Shown here: positions 51,531 through 64,000 of the stretch, one piece after another
Position numbering within the stretch: the stretch's first letter is position 1
How the letters are laid out: each line of letters opens with the position of its first letter
Assembly: GCF_001194135.2 (NCBI RefSeq)
Contig: NC_068982.1
Coordinates: forward strand, 191,210,933-191,274,932
Reading direction: 5' to 3'
From: Octopus bimaculoides
Taxonomy: Eukaryota
DNA: 64,000 bases
The notes under the pieces: model-generated
The model's input: the letters and a program-made list of their open reading frames with translations, nothing else
The model's database searches: none
What the model was told of the DNA's origin: nothing
Position numbers and translations under genes: made by a program

Positions 51531-54252
51531 GTAAGTTCACTTCTTCTCTTTCCCTCTCTCTTCTTCCATCCTCACCATCACTCCATGTACAAAGTGTCAC
51601 AGTCTACCTAAATTCATTCACCAAACAATAAGCAATTTTCTTTTACCAAATGTTAGCCTGACATTCATTAGTCAGGTATCATCCCATTATTCATTAGTCA
51701 CACCCCCAACAAAACCACCCCGCCCCTGCCCATATTTAGTGTTGGAGAATAACATTTCCAGCAATCTCTTTTTCTCACAAAAGATTCCGAAATCGTATGA
51801 ACATTCTCTAGATTTCCACCACCACCAAACTCTCTTTTATATTCTCCAATCCCGAGAATATTTTTAGAAACTAAATCCATTCTCCATCATCTCAGATAAT
51901 TCCATTATTCTTCCTGTCTTCTTTCTACAAGAGCTTTTCAGCTCAACTTTTTATCTTATTTATCATTTTTTTTTTTTTTAATATTTCTTTTTCTCTTCAT
52001 TGAATTCGAATAGATTAGGGAACCGGTGACCTGTTTATTGTGTGAGAAATCTAAAAATGTGATATTTTAGAATCGTTGTTGTGCTTCAGACATAATTCCT
52101 TGTCTTGGCTTCAAAGACTAAAATGGGTTTTATTTCTATTTTTAGGCAGTGTATTATTATTGTGAAGATTTGAAGGACATTTGGTTGTTATTTCTAGCAG
52201 GTTGTGAGACTACAGATTAAAAAAGGAAGTTGAAGAATTAGGATGGGGGGAGAAATTCTGTGTCAATGAGAAAGCCTCTAAATGGTCACTTCATCTGCTA
52301 GAAATAGCAGACAAATAACATAACTACCTTAAGAAAATTAGGTCAGGCATAGCCGTGTGGTTAAGGAGTTTGCTTCCCAACAAGTGCCAGTAAGGCGACG
52401 CTGGTAATGATCACACTCAAATTTGACTAAAAATACCCTGACTCTTTTATGTTCAAACTCACCAGATCTGGTCTCTCACACTGACCCTACAAAGTCATTC
52501 TAAAAATAAATCACAACACTGAAATCTCAAAGCTATAAGTTAAAGCATGATTAACTGAAAGCAATGGGGATAATGATTATCTTTGACAAAAGGTTAACGA
52601 CATCAATAACCTACAGATATAATTCTACCTGTCCATCTGTGATTATAACGAAGCTGTTTGTTAATTAGTTATGAGTAATTTTTACTAAAAGAAAGCAAGT
52701 ATTAAAGTCTACACTTGTCTATTTATGATTTAATTGAACGGTGGCACTGAAATGTCTGCAAGTCTTCCTGAATTTCACTAGAAATTCCTGAATGAAGAAT
52801 TCTCATTGCTAAATGGTTCATCAATTCTAAAATCTGCTGAGATTTCTATCAGAAAAGTAAACAGTTTTGTAAGAATTTTAAGGAGTTGCCATTTGCACCA
52901 GTTGAGTTGTATGCCAACACTCCACCACCTCCATCACCTCCACACACACAAAGAGGAAGTCCCCTAAAGAGATAACTTTTGTTGTTTACTGATGAAGATC
53001 AAAACTAAACAAGAAAATAGGTGAAACTAATTAACATTTAATTGCTATTAAGGTTTAATTCTTGATTATAATGTCAGAAATCTTTTAGAGAGAGAGAGAG
53101 AGAGAAGTAAATGCTTTTATTCTCTCTCTCTTCTTTTCTCTCTCATTCTCTCTTTGGAATTTGACTTAGTATACCCCCACCCACATCACTTCCACCCCAT
53201 CACCACCACCACACTACCACCCACACATGTTGTTTTCTCATTGATTTTCTTTGTTTCTTTCTGCAGATTCTCTTCCTCATCTAATTTTGTTATCATTTCT
53301 AATTTTTAATTAATTTTTCTTTTAACTTTAACTTCGATATATTTCCTGTATGTGGATGTAAAACTGTGTGTGTGTGTGTGCATACACACACTCACACACA
53401 CACACACAAGTGCGAAGTGCTGACATAGCTGTTTGGTCTGGAATTTCAATTCCCATCCGCATTGCTTTGGGTTCTGTCCCACTGCATGTCACCTTGTGTA
53501 GGTGTCCAAGTATTCTCTCTGTTTTATGTCCAAGCTGTTAAGATCAGGCCTCTCACACCTACCCTACAATCTCGTTCTTGAACAATCATATCTTTGAAAT
53601 CTCAGCTATGAGAAAATTGAAAGCCAGTGCCGCCTGACTGTCCCCTGTGCCGGTGGCACATAAAAAGCACCCACTACACTCTTGGAGTGGTTGGCATTAG
53701 GAAGGGCATCCAGCTGTAGAAACTTTGTCAGATCAGATTGGAGCCTGGTGCAGCCATCTGGTTCGCCAGTCCTCAGTCAAACTGTCCAACCCATGCCAGC
53801 ATGGAAAACAGACGTTAAACAATGACGATGATGAGAAAGACTAAGTAATACCTTCGACAGAGTAATCCGAAAGCTAAAGGGTTATGCTTAACCAACCAAA
53901 ACCTAGAATGGATTTGGTTGGAAACTGAAAGAAGCCTGCGGTATATGCATGTATGGGTATGTTTTTGTATCTCCTTATCTTGACATCTCACAACATTGTA
54001 AAAAGGCATCAACATCATACGAGTGATGTCCTTCGTTTCCAATCTTCCATGAAAACATGTCTGGCCTGGAAGAAATATTACTTTGCTTGGAAACAGGTGA
54101 GGGTTATCCAGCTCCCTTCCTGCCTCAACCCTCATTCATCATTTAGTAAACTCACACCACTCCTACATCTCTACTCATCCCTTACTTTCTCTGATTCTTG
54201 CAACTCCCACCACCACCACCAGCCACCCTTCCTGTTCTTATACTCCCCCACC

Positions 54253-54332
<80 letters not shown>

Positions 54333-54954
54333 ACATTATTTCTCTTTCCAGCACTACACACATCACTTCTGTCCATTTTTCTATAATGCGAGTAGCCATG
54401 TAGCTCCTTCACAGCAAGAAACCTGTTCATTTCTGGCCCCTTCTCTCATCTCCACAAAGCTGCCTCTCTCTCAACTGTAGCCCCACTCCTTCAAAGGGGT
54501 TCTTAGTACTGCAAGCTGCATGGAAATCTCACTGGTGCTGTAAACAAAGCACCCACTACACTCTTTAAAGTGATTGGCCCTAGAAAGGACATTCAGCTGT
54601 GAAAACTATGTCAAAGGAGACCTTGGAACTTGGTACAGTCCTCTGACTTGTTGGATGCTGTCAAATCATCCAGTTCCTGAAAGATGATAATGCATATAAG
54701 TATAGATACATATGCAAGGTACCTTTTATTTAAGTACCTAATTCAACTGAATTCTGAGTGTGAAAAGATGTTTCCAAAAGTCATTGGGGCTGTGTTGTCT
54801 TTTTCTTTGATTCTGTAAGCATGTTCATGAATGTTTGGTTTATGAAATTCAAAAAGGTGGCCAAGGTTTTTGTTAGGAAGATGGTGAATAATCTTGTGCC
54901 ATCTTCTCACCCCAAATGATACTTACTTCTTCAATTGCTACTCTTTGATTGCAG

Positions 54955-55123
54955 TGCTCCCACAGACGACCGTTGTCATCCAGCAACACCCACAGATTTT
55001 GCATTTTGGTGAATCCTCCGTACAAACTCGTTGTCCCAAGTGTAATGCTGACATCATGACAAGTATTCATTATGAAACTGGGAACCTAAGCTGGGTCATT
55101 TGCCTCCTCCTCAGTTTCTTTGC
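54955..55123 (+). CDS. LITAF: LITAF-family coding exon: N-half of LITAF zinc-binding domain (first CxxC and hydrophobic segment)
   Basis: ctttgattgcag| acceptor (phase 1), GC|GTAAGT donor (phase 2). Encodes V-LPQTTVVIQQHPQILHFGESSVQTRCPKCNADIMTSIHYETGNLSWVICLLLSFF; FG..S....CPxC and GxLxWxxC are LITAF-domain hallmarks. Confidence 0.96.
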
Positions 55124-56145
55124 GTAAGTCAAAAAATAGAAACAAGAAGCAATTTCTTTCTTTTCTGTCCAATATTGATCTTCATTTAAAACTGAAGTGA
55201 TGGGGAAATCCGCCGGGAAAGCAGATGCACAAGAGTTAGTGTATTACTGGTATATAGGCTGTGTGAGGAGAAGCTTTGCTTCCCAGCCACATGGCTCTAG
55301 GTTCAGTCCCACTGTGTGGCTCCTCGGACAAGTGTCTTCTGCTATAACCTTGGGCTGTCCAAAGCCTTCGGAGTAAGTTTGGTTGATGGAAACTGAAAGC
55401 AGCCTCTTTGTGTGTGTTTTCCACTACTTCTTGACAGCTGGTTTACATTTCAGTAACTTAGTGGTTCATCAAAAGACACCAATGAAATAAGTACCAGGTT
55501 TAAAACAAACAAGTACTGGGGTCAATTCATTCAACTAAAGTTTCAAGGCGGTGCCCCAGCATGTCCACAGTCTGACTGAAACAAACAAAAGATAGCTGTA
55601 CCCTAAATAGGGTCCACCTGGAATTCACTGATATGTTGTCAAAAACGTGTGGGTGAGAAAGAGAAAGAGAGAATATGTACACACACACCCATGCCTATAT
55701 TCATACCTATTTTCCACTGCATTAATCCCTTTGAGAAAGGCTTGAATATCACAACATCCTTATTCACTTTTGCCACCTCCGTCTATAAAAAGTAAAACCT
55801 GGATTTATTAACAAACCTTAGCACAAGCATGAACATCACAACAGCTACTTCACACCACTAGAACTCAATACAGTTGATTGTCCAGTGATAGTGTTTGATT
55901 AAATCTATTTTATAAAACCTTTTCTGAAATGTTTTAATGTCTAGGCTTAGCTTCTTGTTAAAATTATCGTTTTTCACATTATTGACCTCATCTTTTGAGA
56001 TAAAACTATAATTTTTGATATTCTATGTGTGGATATGGGCATGGTGCCAGACTGACCGAACCCACCTGATAAAGATTGAAGATCAAACTGATTGACATGC
56101 AGTGTGGATGTTAAAATAGTCTTCATTTGTAAAGATAACGTTTAA

Positions 56146-56362
56146 CCCTTATTCTGTTTCTGTTGACCGATGCTACCTTTGTTTCAATTAATTTTGAAAA
56201 TAATGAAGAATTTAGTAAAATAACTTTGTCATTTTTAAGCTGTCGTTTGAAACGTAAATTAATATAAAATTTTAATGGGAAGTTTTAATTAAGATCCCTT
56301 TAAAACAGGAAACTTGTATCATAGAAACAATAACGGTCTGAGGCAGGTTGGTGTGCAAAGGC
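56146..56362. mobile_element. piggyBac-like MITE family 2 (second copy about 46223-46415)
   Basis: TTAA|CCC start and TTAA end. Shares tttgtttcaattaatt[c/t]tgaaaataatgaagaa...aaaataa[a/c]tttg[c/t]catt with the 46.2-kb copy. Confidence 0.65.
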
Positions 56363-56507
56363 TTAATTAATGCTTCAAACCATTATAATATTATTAATTA
56401 AAACAATTATATTATTATTAATTAAAACAATAATATTTAGTAATTTTAAAATCTCATTCTTACTTTATTTTGTTGTTTATTTGTATTTTTCTTCTTTTCT
56501 TTTCCAG

Positions 56508-56616
56508 TTGTATTTGTGGCTGTTGCTTAATTCCATTCTGCATGGATAGTACCAAAGACATTGTCCACACATGTCCAAACTGTTCTCATTTTATCGGCCG
56601 TTATTCACGCCTCTGA
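56508..56616 (+). CDS. LITAF: LITAF-family terminal coding exon (C-half of LITAF domain, stop TGA 56614-56616)
   Basis: Long pyrimidine tract + tttccag| acceptor (phase 2). Encodes A-CICGCCLIPFCMDSTKDIVHTCPNCSHFIGRYSRL*, with CCLIPFC...KDxxHxCPxC...IG. Total spliced CDS 558 nt = 185 aa + stop. Confidence 0.96.
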
Positions 56617-56624
56617 GATACCAC

Positions 56625-56670
<46 letters not shown>

Positions 56671-57507
56671 AAAAGGAACAAAAGATAAAACCTGAAATTA
56701 TTCCAAAAACTCAAGTGGTCAGTTAAAACCGACCGATAGGTTTAGGATATCCTGTGACAAATTACTGGCACTTCTTTCTTCCTGCAGCTGTTCCCATCCA
56801 AGTCTTCTTCCTCTTCTTCATGCTGTCGTCTCTCCATATTCAATGTCTGCCTTACATTATTTATTTAGACTTTCTGTTTATTTTTTATTTGTAACAGTCT
56901 CTCTCTCTCTCTCTCTCAAAACAATAGTTGGTGTGTGGTAGCAGGGAACACTTGCCCTAAAGATCATGCCCTACAATTACTAAACTTGACACTAATCCTT
57001 AGCCCTATTAACCCAGCTGTTCCCTATGCTCCAGCTTGGGCAACTTAGTGTTACTAACCTTTACCATACTCAAACTAAATTGTATACATAAACACATACA
57101 CACTCATTAATACAGTAATTAATCTTCAGTAGGGAGACAAATATTTGTTAACTCACTAATGAATCATACAACTAATGATTGTGTTATGCAAATGAAGGGC
57201 TCTGATCCATTTTCCAGTTGCAGTTCACCTGGAAAAACCTATGTGTGTGTTTATGTGTGTATATAGATAGATAGATGGATGATAGAGAGATATAGAGAGA
57301 GAGAGACTCCTAAACAGTATATGTATGTGTATGTATGCATTTATGGTGTATCATATATATAGATAACAACATTCCTTTGTATCGCATGAAACTATATTTC
57401 TAAATTTAGCTCCTGTAGATGTAGGGTTTTGATTGTGCTCGTTCATTTACTCTTCTAATTAGGTATAATTTAATGTACATCTCCATGCATAAATACATGT
57501 GTATGTG

Positions 57508-57554
<47 letters not shown>

Positions 57555-60500
57555 AATGTACACAGTATAAAGATAAGGGTTACTAATAGTTTCTTGCTGT
57601 GAAGACATGTTTCCAGGCAGGTTTGAGACACATACCTTGTGTCTCTGAGCAACCTTCAACAAACTATTAGCAGCTCCTATCTTTATACTGTGAACTCATT
57701 AAATGACATCTCTCACAGAATGGAATACATTTTTTGGTTGATCTTACCATAACAGAACAGTAAACTATACATACACACACATATATATATTTTATTTTTT
57801 AAGATCTTTTCTTAGTTGTAGTGCACCTGAGCATTGTATACAACAATTTCCTTCATTATACCATATATATATATATATATTTACACACACACACACACAC
57901 ACCCATGCCAGCATGAAAAACGGACGTTAAACGATGATGATGATGATGATAGTGTTAGGCAAAGAGATGTAATTCATGTTAGCATGAGTTAGAAATGGTC
58001 TTTTCTCTTGCGGCTAATTTTGCCGCTTGTTGCAATCCTTTGTCATTTCCTTCAGGAATTTTGCAGAAATGCAGGATATAAAAACCAGATCCTGGAGTGA
58101 CACAAGACATGCTGACTAATACAGCATTTGTACTTCTTCCTAAAGTACACCAACATAACATAGCTTTTGTTTGCATGTCTTTGATGATTCCTGCCAACAG
58201 GGACCACCACCACTAGTTTGGCAGTTCCTGGAATTTGGCTTGCCTGGTTATATTCTTGTGTGCCAGTGGATGCATGTAGTTTAGTAGTTGTATCTACCTC
58301 CATGGAAAAGGAAGGTTTGAGTGGTGCAGGGGGTAGGCAAGTTCACTGGAGCATGAAAGAAGAGTGGCATATGGACAGAGGGGAATGGCAAATACAGGGG
58401 GGAGACCTGATCAGTTGTGAATATCAACTTCTGGTGAAAGGTAGTGGAAATAGGAGTGAGGTGGGGAGGGGGTGACAGGTTGCAGTGCAGATTATTGGAA
58501 GTGTGTAGGTGTGGGGTGCAAGAGAGAGATGCACTGTGCTAGGGTCAGGAGTACAGAGGGGTGGAAACAGGAGGGGACTACCTTTGGCAAAATGAGATGG
58601 TATACATGGCTGGGGATGAAATGTGCCGTTCCATTGTCATATAATTACAGCAGATGAGAGAATAATAGTGCCGTAGTCAGAAGAATGATGGAGGGGTGAG
58701 TGTTTGGAAGGAAGGAGAATTGTCAGAGACAGATTGGGTGTAGGTGCATAAACAAATGAAATGCTTGTGTGGGTACATATATGCATGCATGTATGTATAT
58801 ATATATATATATATACATACACACACATACATATACACATGCACACATGCCAGTGTCCAATGCATCTCAGCATCATAAAGTGGACATTAAAATGAAGATA
58901 ATTGTCATTTAGCGTCCACTTTTCCATGTTCGCATGAGTTGGATGGAATTTGTTGAGGCAGATTTTCTGCTGTTGGATACTCTTCCTGTTGCTAACCCTT
59001 TATCCATTTCCAAGTAGAGTAATAGTCTTCATGTTTTCATATTAGATTGGAAAAGGACACCACTTGCGTGAGGGTGACATTCGTTTATACCATCATGTGA
59101 TATCTAGACAATGAGGCAGTAACACACACGCTCACACACACATACACACACATATAATAGCCTTCTGTCAGTTTCTGCCTACCAGACCCACTCACAAGGT
59201 TTTGGCCAGCCCAAGGCTGTTGTAGAAGACACTTGCCCAAGGTGCCATGCCATGGGACTGAACTCGAGACCATGTGGTTGGGAGGCAAACTTTTTACATA
59301 CACATGACCACTGGTACCAGTCAATGAAATGCTTAAGATTTAAATTAATGAAAATGATAATAGAGTTTCTTAACTTTGAGGCACATCTGGTCATGACTTC
59401 AAACCTATAATAATTGTGCATTTGGAGAAGACACACAACATATGAAATAATGTTGATCCTGTAAATATGGTAACCTAATTCTTCTTGTAATTTCCAAAGG
59501 AACCACAACACAAGGCTAAAGGATTGGACAGTTAACATGGTTGTTGTTCACCCTTTATTTACTATAGGGCAATGTATATAGGGCTTGTTAAGGAATCTAA
59601 CTTCTAAAATATTGGTCAGAATTATCAACTTTATCTCACTCTCCAGAGACTCTTGGTGGATAAATCAATTGGGCTTACAACCAAAACTCTCAACTCTAAA
59701 CATGTTGATTGGTGTGTTGCCCATGATTCCCACAGTTAAAATTTTGCCTAAATTCAGATTTGAACTCATTTCTAATGAATTCCCCAAAATCCAAATGAAA
59801 AAGGTTGAAGCTTTAAGACAACAACAGTAATTTTATGTTTGTTAGGGATTTGTGAAATTGAGGATTCGTTATTTTTCTTATCACAGATGTGACCTCTGCT
59901 GGTTCTCAATTACCCTCACCACTAGGGTACAGTGAAAAGTTCCCTATTCTTATTCTAAAGGATTAAGTCTTGAGCACTTACTAATTATCTAACTGCTGCT
60001 ACTACTGCTACTATGACAACTACTACTACTGCTACTGCTGCGACTGTCATCCCACTTATTCTATTTCTCCTCGTTCTTGAAATTTTAAGTTCTGATGTTG
60101 ATAATAATTAGCAAAACAAGGCAATAATCTGACGGAATCGTTAGTGTGCCAAACGAGATGCTTCGAGGCATTTCGTCTGTTTTTGTTCTGAGTTCAAATT
60201 CTGCCAAGGTCAGCTTTGCCTTTAATCCTTTCAGGGTCGATGAAATAAAGTGCCAGTTAAGTAGTGAGGTTGATGTATTCAACTATCCCCCCTCCCCCAA
60301 ATGTCAGGCCTTGGGTGGGGGGCAATAGTTGAAAGGATTATTAGTATTGACAATCCTTATTTTGAAAATACATTCCCTCTCCAATTTTTGGTTGACTCAC
60401 CCCCCCTCTCTCACCTCCTACCACTCCCCAGTCTCTTGCCAATAACAACACCACTTTCTCTGTATTTCTCAAGAGTCAAAACCCCCCAAAATGTTTGACG

Positions 60501-62649
60501 CCCCCCTTCACCCCTCTCCCTCACAGCAATTAAACTTCCCCAATTTTCCTATCTATTTTGAGGTTTTCATTTTTTGTGCCGTTTAAATAAACACAATGTA
60601 TGTATGATGGATACATTGTACAGTGTGTATATAATGTGCAAGGTGTGTACAGTGTACAAAATATCAAAGTGCATTGCTGGCCGACAGGCGTTGTTGTACA
60701 TAAGTAGAAAGTTACTGTTGTTATTGTTGTATGATGGAACACAAACAAGTCGATTGTTCTGGTTTTTATCTCCTGCACAAAGCATGTGAAGTGGTGGGCT
60801 TTATGCAGAGCCCCATCTACTTGCATACATTGTGCTTGTTCAGTTGAAACAAAAATATATCATGGAAACAAAGGAAAATGTGAATTTATTAATGGGGGAG
60901 GTGGGAAAAAAATGAGGGCGTTTTGTTTTTTTTTAGTTATATTTTGAACATTAATCTGAGATTCAACTAAAAATACATTTTTATATATTTTAAACTGTGG
61001 CTGCTAACACAAATGGGATTTGTTTGTGATTCAATTACACACACATACACACACGTGCGTGTGTGCAGTCGTATTTTACTCGTTAATGCACATTCAGAGA
61101 TGAGAAGATCTATTGCTGTGGAAATATTTTTGGAAGAAGTTTCTCTTCATGAATAATGTTTGAAGAAAAACAGATTGGGCTACGGATGTCGTTAGTCACA
61201 TGCATTTCTGCATTATTGCATGGCATCAGCTACAAATACGGAACCCATCCTCTGCTGCCGCATCAGGTAACTAAGAACAAATTTAGTATTTATAATTGGC
61301 AAAGCACAACGCAGCAGCCGCAATGCAGGCATCACTTGAGCTGATAGCATCATTCATAACCCAACGTTTCCACAGTAGTGAAAGGGTTTCCTACACCCAA
61401 GCGGACATGAACATGTTAAATATGACAGCACATAAACGTGTGTGGTATGTGTGTATTTATTTATATATTTGTGACTATTCACTGCTAGTTTCGAAACTCT
61501 TAAACATGGAATGCAGCGGTTTCTTGACGTTGGCCTTTAACTTCATGTTGCTTATTGATTTAATTATTTTAGAATTCTTTACTTCAATAGAAAATTAGAA
61601 AAAAATATTCAAATGTTGTTCTTCTTCTCTACCAGTGAAAGCAAAGTAATTTTTTATCACCAATTGTTAAAATTTTAACATATTGTTGAAAAATAGTTAC
61701 TAAAACAAAATTTTAAAACTGCTGTTATAAACAAACAATTTGTTAAGACTTGTTAATGTTTTTTTTAATTTATTGTATGTCATTAGTTACAGTATGTGTA
61801 TACACACACACACACACACACATAGAAAATTGGTAAGCTGTTGAAGCAAATAATTTGCAACCTATTTCTTAATTCTTGGTTGCAGCTCTTTCATTTTTGC
61901 CACTAATAACTCTTGGAAAGGCATGAATGTCATATAATCCTATTCCTCCTGTTCTATAAATATGTGGCTTACTGCCAAACAAAGACACCAGTAATAAGTC
62001 CTTAGAAAGCCGACTGTTTTTACCCAGATTTGCTTCCGTAGTTAAAACCAAATACATTTATATTCGTGTCCGGAAAATTCACCTTAAACATTTCTGCTGT
62101 GGGAAATTTTGCTACAAAAGAGGCACACAAGTAGACTGTAAACTAGATAACTCATTTTAAAGAAATTAACTTTCTCTAATTGGTGGGTTAATTGATGAAG
62201 TTGCCATTTTAAAGAATCGGTGGGAGGAAGGGGTCAATTATTTTTATGGCACTTTCCTACACCAAAAATGTTTACAGTGAGATTTCCTATAAACCATTTA
62301 TATTTCACTGCTATTGTCTTTGAGGAAGGCACCACCCTTGATAATATCCAAATTGTTTTTTATTGTAATGGTTCCTGACACAGCCTTAGACCATTATTCA
62401 TCCATTGAAAGCAATATGACAAATGTCTCTTTTATTGTGGTCAATATGTTGACTATATTTCATTAGCATTAAAGTTGTTTTAATTAACTTTTGTTTACAT
62501 AATGAATATATTTTCTTTTTTATAACCTTTTCTATAAAAAATATCCTTTAACTGTTTTTTAAAACATTCAAAGTAAAATTATTATTTAAGATTACTTGGT
62601 TTTTGTATTTGGTTTGCAAGGATGTGAATTCATGTGACAAAAGAAGTTT

Positions 62650-63288
62650 TGTTGTGTTTTAGGAGGGTTGTTACACCAATCATAACACATGCACTGGTTC
62701 AATATCACTTCTTTATTGTTAGTCAGTTGGTTATATATCTAACCAACTAACTAATTGGTCATTTATTTAATGTGCTGGTTAAACAATCAATCGGCTGTTT
62801 CTTGGTCAGTTCTTTTGTCACCGTTTGCAACTTTTTCAGTGACTCAGCAACTTCCCCTCTCGCTCTAAAGTCTGAACCCTTGAAGAGATCACAGATGGCT
62901 AATTGACACACAAACACAAATGCAGGCAATCACATAGGTGTACACACACAACCACGCACACACGCACATGCAACACAAACAAACTGTTTGCTCTCACCCT
63001 TACTTCCTCTTCTAAGCAAACACATACACACACACAGCCAGACACAAGACCAGTTCTCAGACAGACTTAGAGCAGACCTTGGAGTGAGGGGGAAAGTCAG
63101 TGAAAAGGTCGCAGACAGCAACGAAAGAACTTTGACCAAGAAACAGCCGATTGATTGTTTAACCTGCACATTAAACAAACGATCGCTTAGTCAGTTGGTT
63201 AGATATATAACCAATTGACTGACAACGAAGATGTGATATTGAACCAGTGCGTGTGTTATTGGCATAATGGCCCTCCCAAGACATAACA
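62650..63288. mobile_element. About 640-bp fold-back/MITE-like element with about 220-bp inverted arms
   Basis: 62650-62876 aligns to the reverse complement of about 63072-63288 (e.g. ggttaaacaatcaatcggctgtttcttggtca is identical over 32 bp). Termini TGT...ACA; no clear TSD. Confidence 0.85.
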
Positions 63289-63956
63289 ATATTATTTATA
63301 GTAATACTGTTATTTTAGAAGAATATTAATCTTCATTTAACACATCTGATTTGTAAAATATTTAAAACATTAAAATGGTGAAAAAAAAAATAGAATTTAA
63401 GAGAATATTTTGAGTAAGTAAGCCAGATAAGGTGAGAGGAATGGTTTTTGATGAAACACCTTGTATTTTCTGTAATTCTTTTACATTCTTGACTCAAATC
63501 TTGCCTCTGTTCACTTTGCATACATCTGGTGCCAATAAAATACTACAATTATTTTATTGGAATTGAGTTCACTGAATAATTATAAGTTTATTTCATGATT
63601 TTCCTTTTTTTTTTTTTTTCATTTTCTGCTAATGTTGTTGTTGTTGTTAATGATGATACCTGGCTCTCCATGTGTACTCTTGCAGCAGAGAGGTTAGTCA
63701 GATACTTAGGGTGTGTACCTGAGGTGTGTATATATATATATATATATATATTATGGTTATTATTATTAGTTTGTCACCAAATGACTATGAGTCATAAATC
63801 ACAGTATTTCAACTCTGAATTAATCTAACTCTACTCTATTTCACCAGATGGAGTCCATTTTTCTACTTATTGCACACACATTCATTTAACTGTTTGTTCA
63901 TTATATATAACTGTTTGAATGAACCTTGAGAAGTGAAAGAAAGTTGCCATGAAACT

Positions 63957-64000
<44 letters not shown>

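Noticed and set aside
7655-53010. Other CTGATGA words (about 7657, 33240, 40496, 52988) screened as hammerhead cores
   Set aside because: None is followed by a stem II closed onto GAAA.
57960-61600. Unique-looking sequence and short ORFs (e.g. 57979-58197(-), 61296-61598(+)) that might be a neighbouring gene's 3' end
   Set aside because: No recognisable domain, splice pattern or clear polyadenylation site; cannot be supported from sequence alone.

Overview
AT-rich, microsatellite- and retroposon-dense animal DNA. The SINE/LINE repertoire, (CAT)n tails, long introns and gaps next to microsatellites point to a coleoid cephalopod, most likely Octopus (inference). One protein-coding gene can be reconstructed on the + strand: a LITAF/CDIP1-family zinc-binding membrane adaptor of 185 aa. 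Its coding exons are 37233-37407, 38977-39006, 43445-43474, 46514-46531, 51504-51530, 54955-55123 and 56508-56616. Four of these are symmetric phase-1 micro-exons (30/30/18/27 nt) that the ORF track misses; they build the proline-rich ESCRT/NEDD4-docking region. A candidate promoter and non-coding first exon lie near 13.0-13.2 kb. The rest is repeats: RTE and Jockey/CR1-like LINE fragments, several tRNA-derived SINE families, a mariner remnant, hAT and piggyBac-like MITEs, a 640-bp fold-back element, and three loci with hammerhead-ribozyme-like cores. Two of those sit in Penelope-like inverted repeats and one is in a 262-bp tRNA-headed element flanked by a 13-bp TSD. Repeat boundaries are approximate unless a TSD or TIR is given. 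Almost all ORFs in the supplied track are microsatellite or N-gap artefacts.
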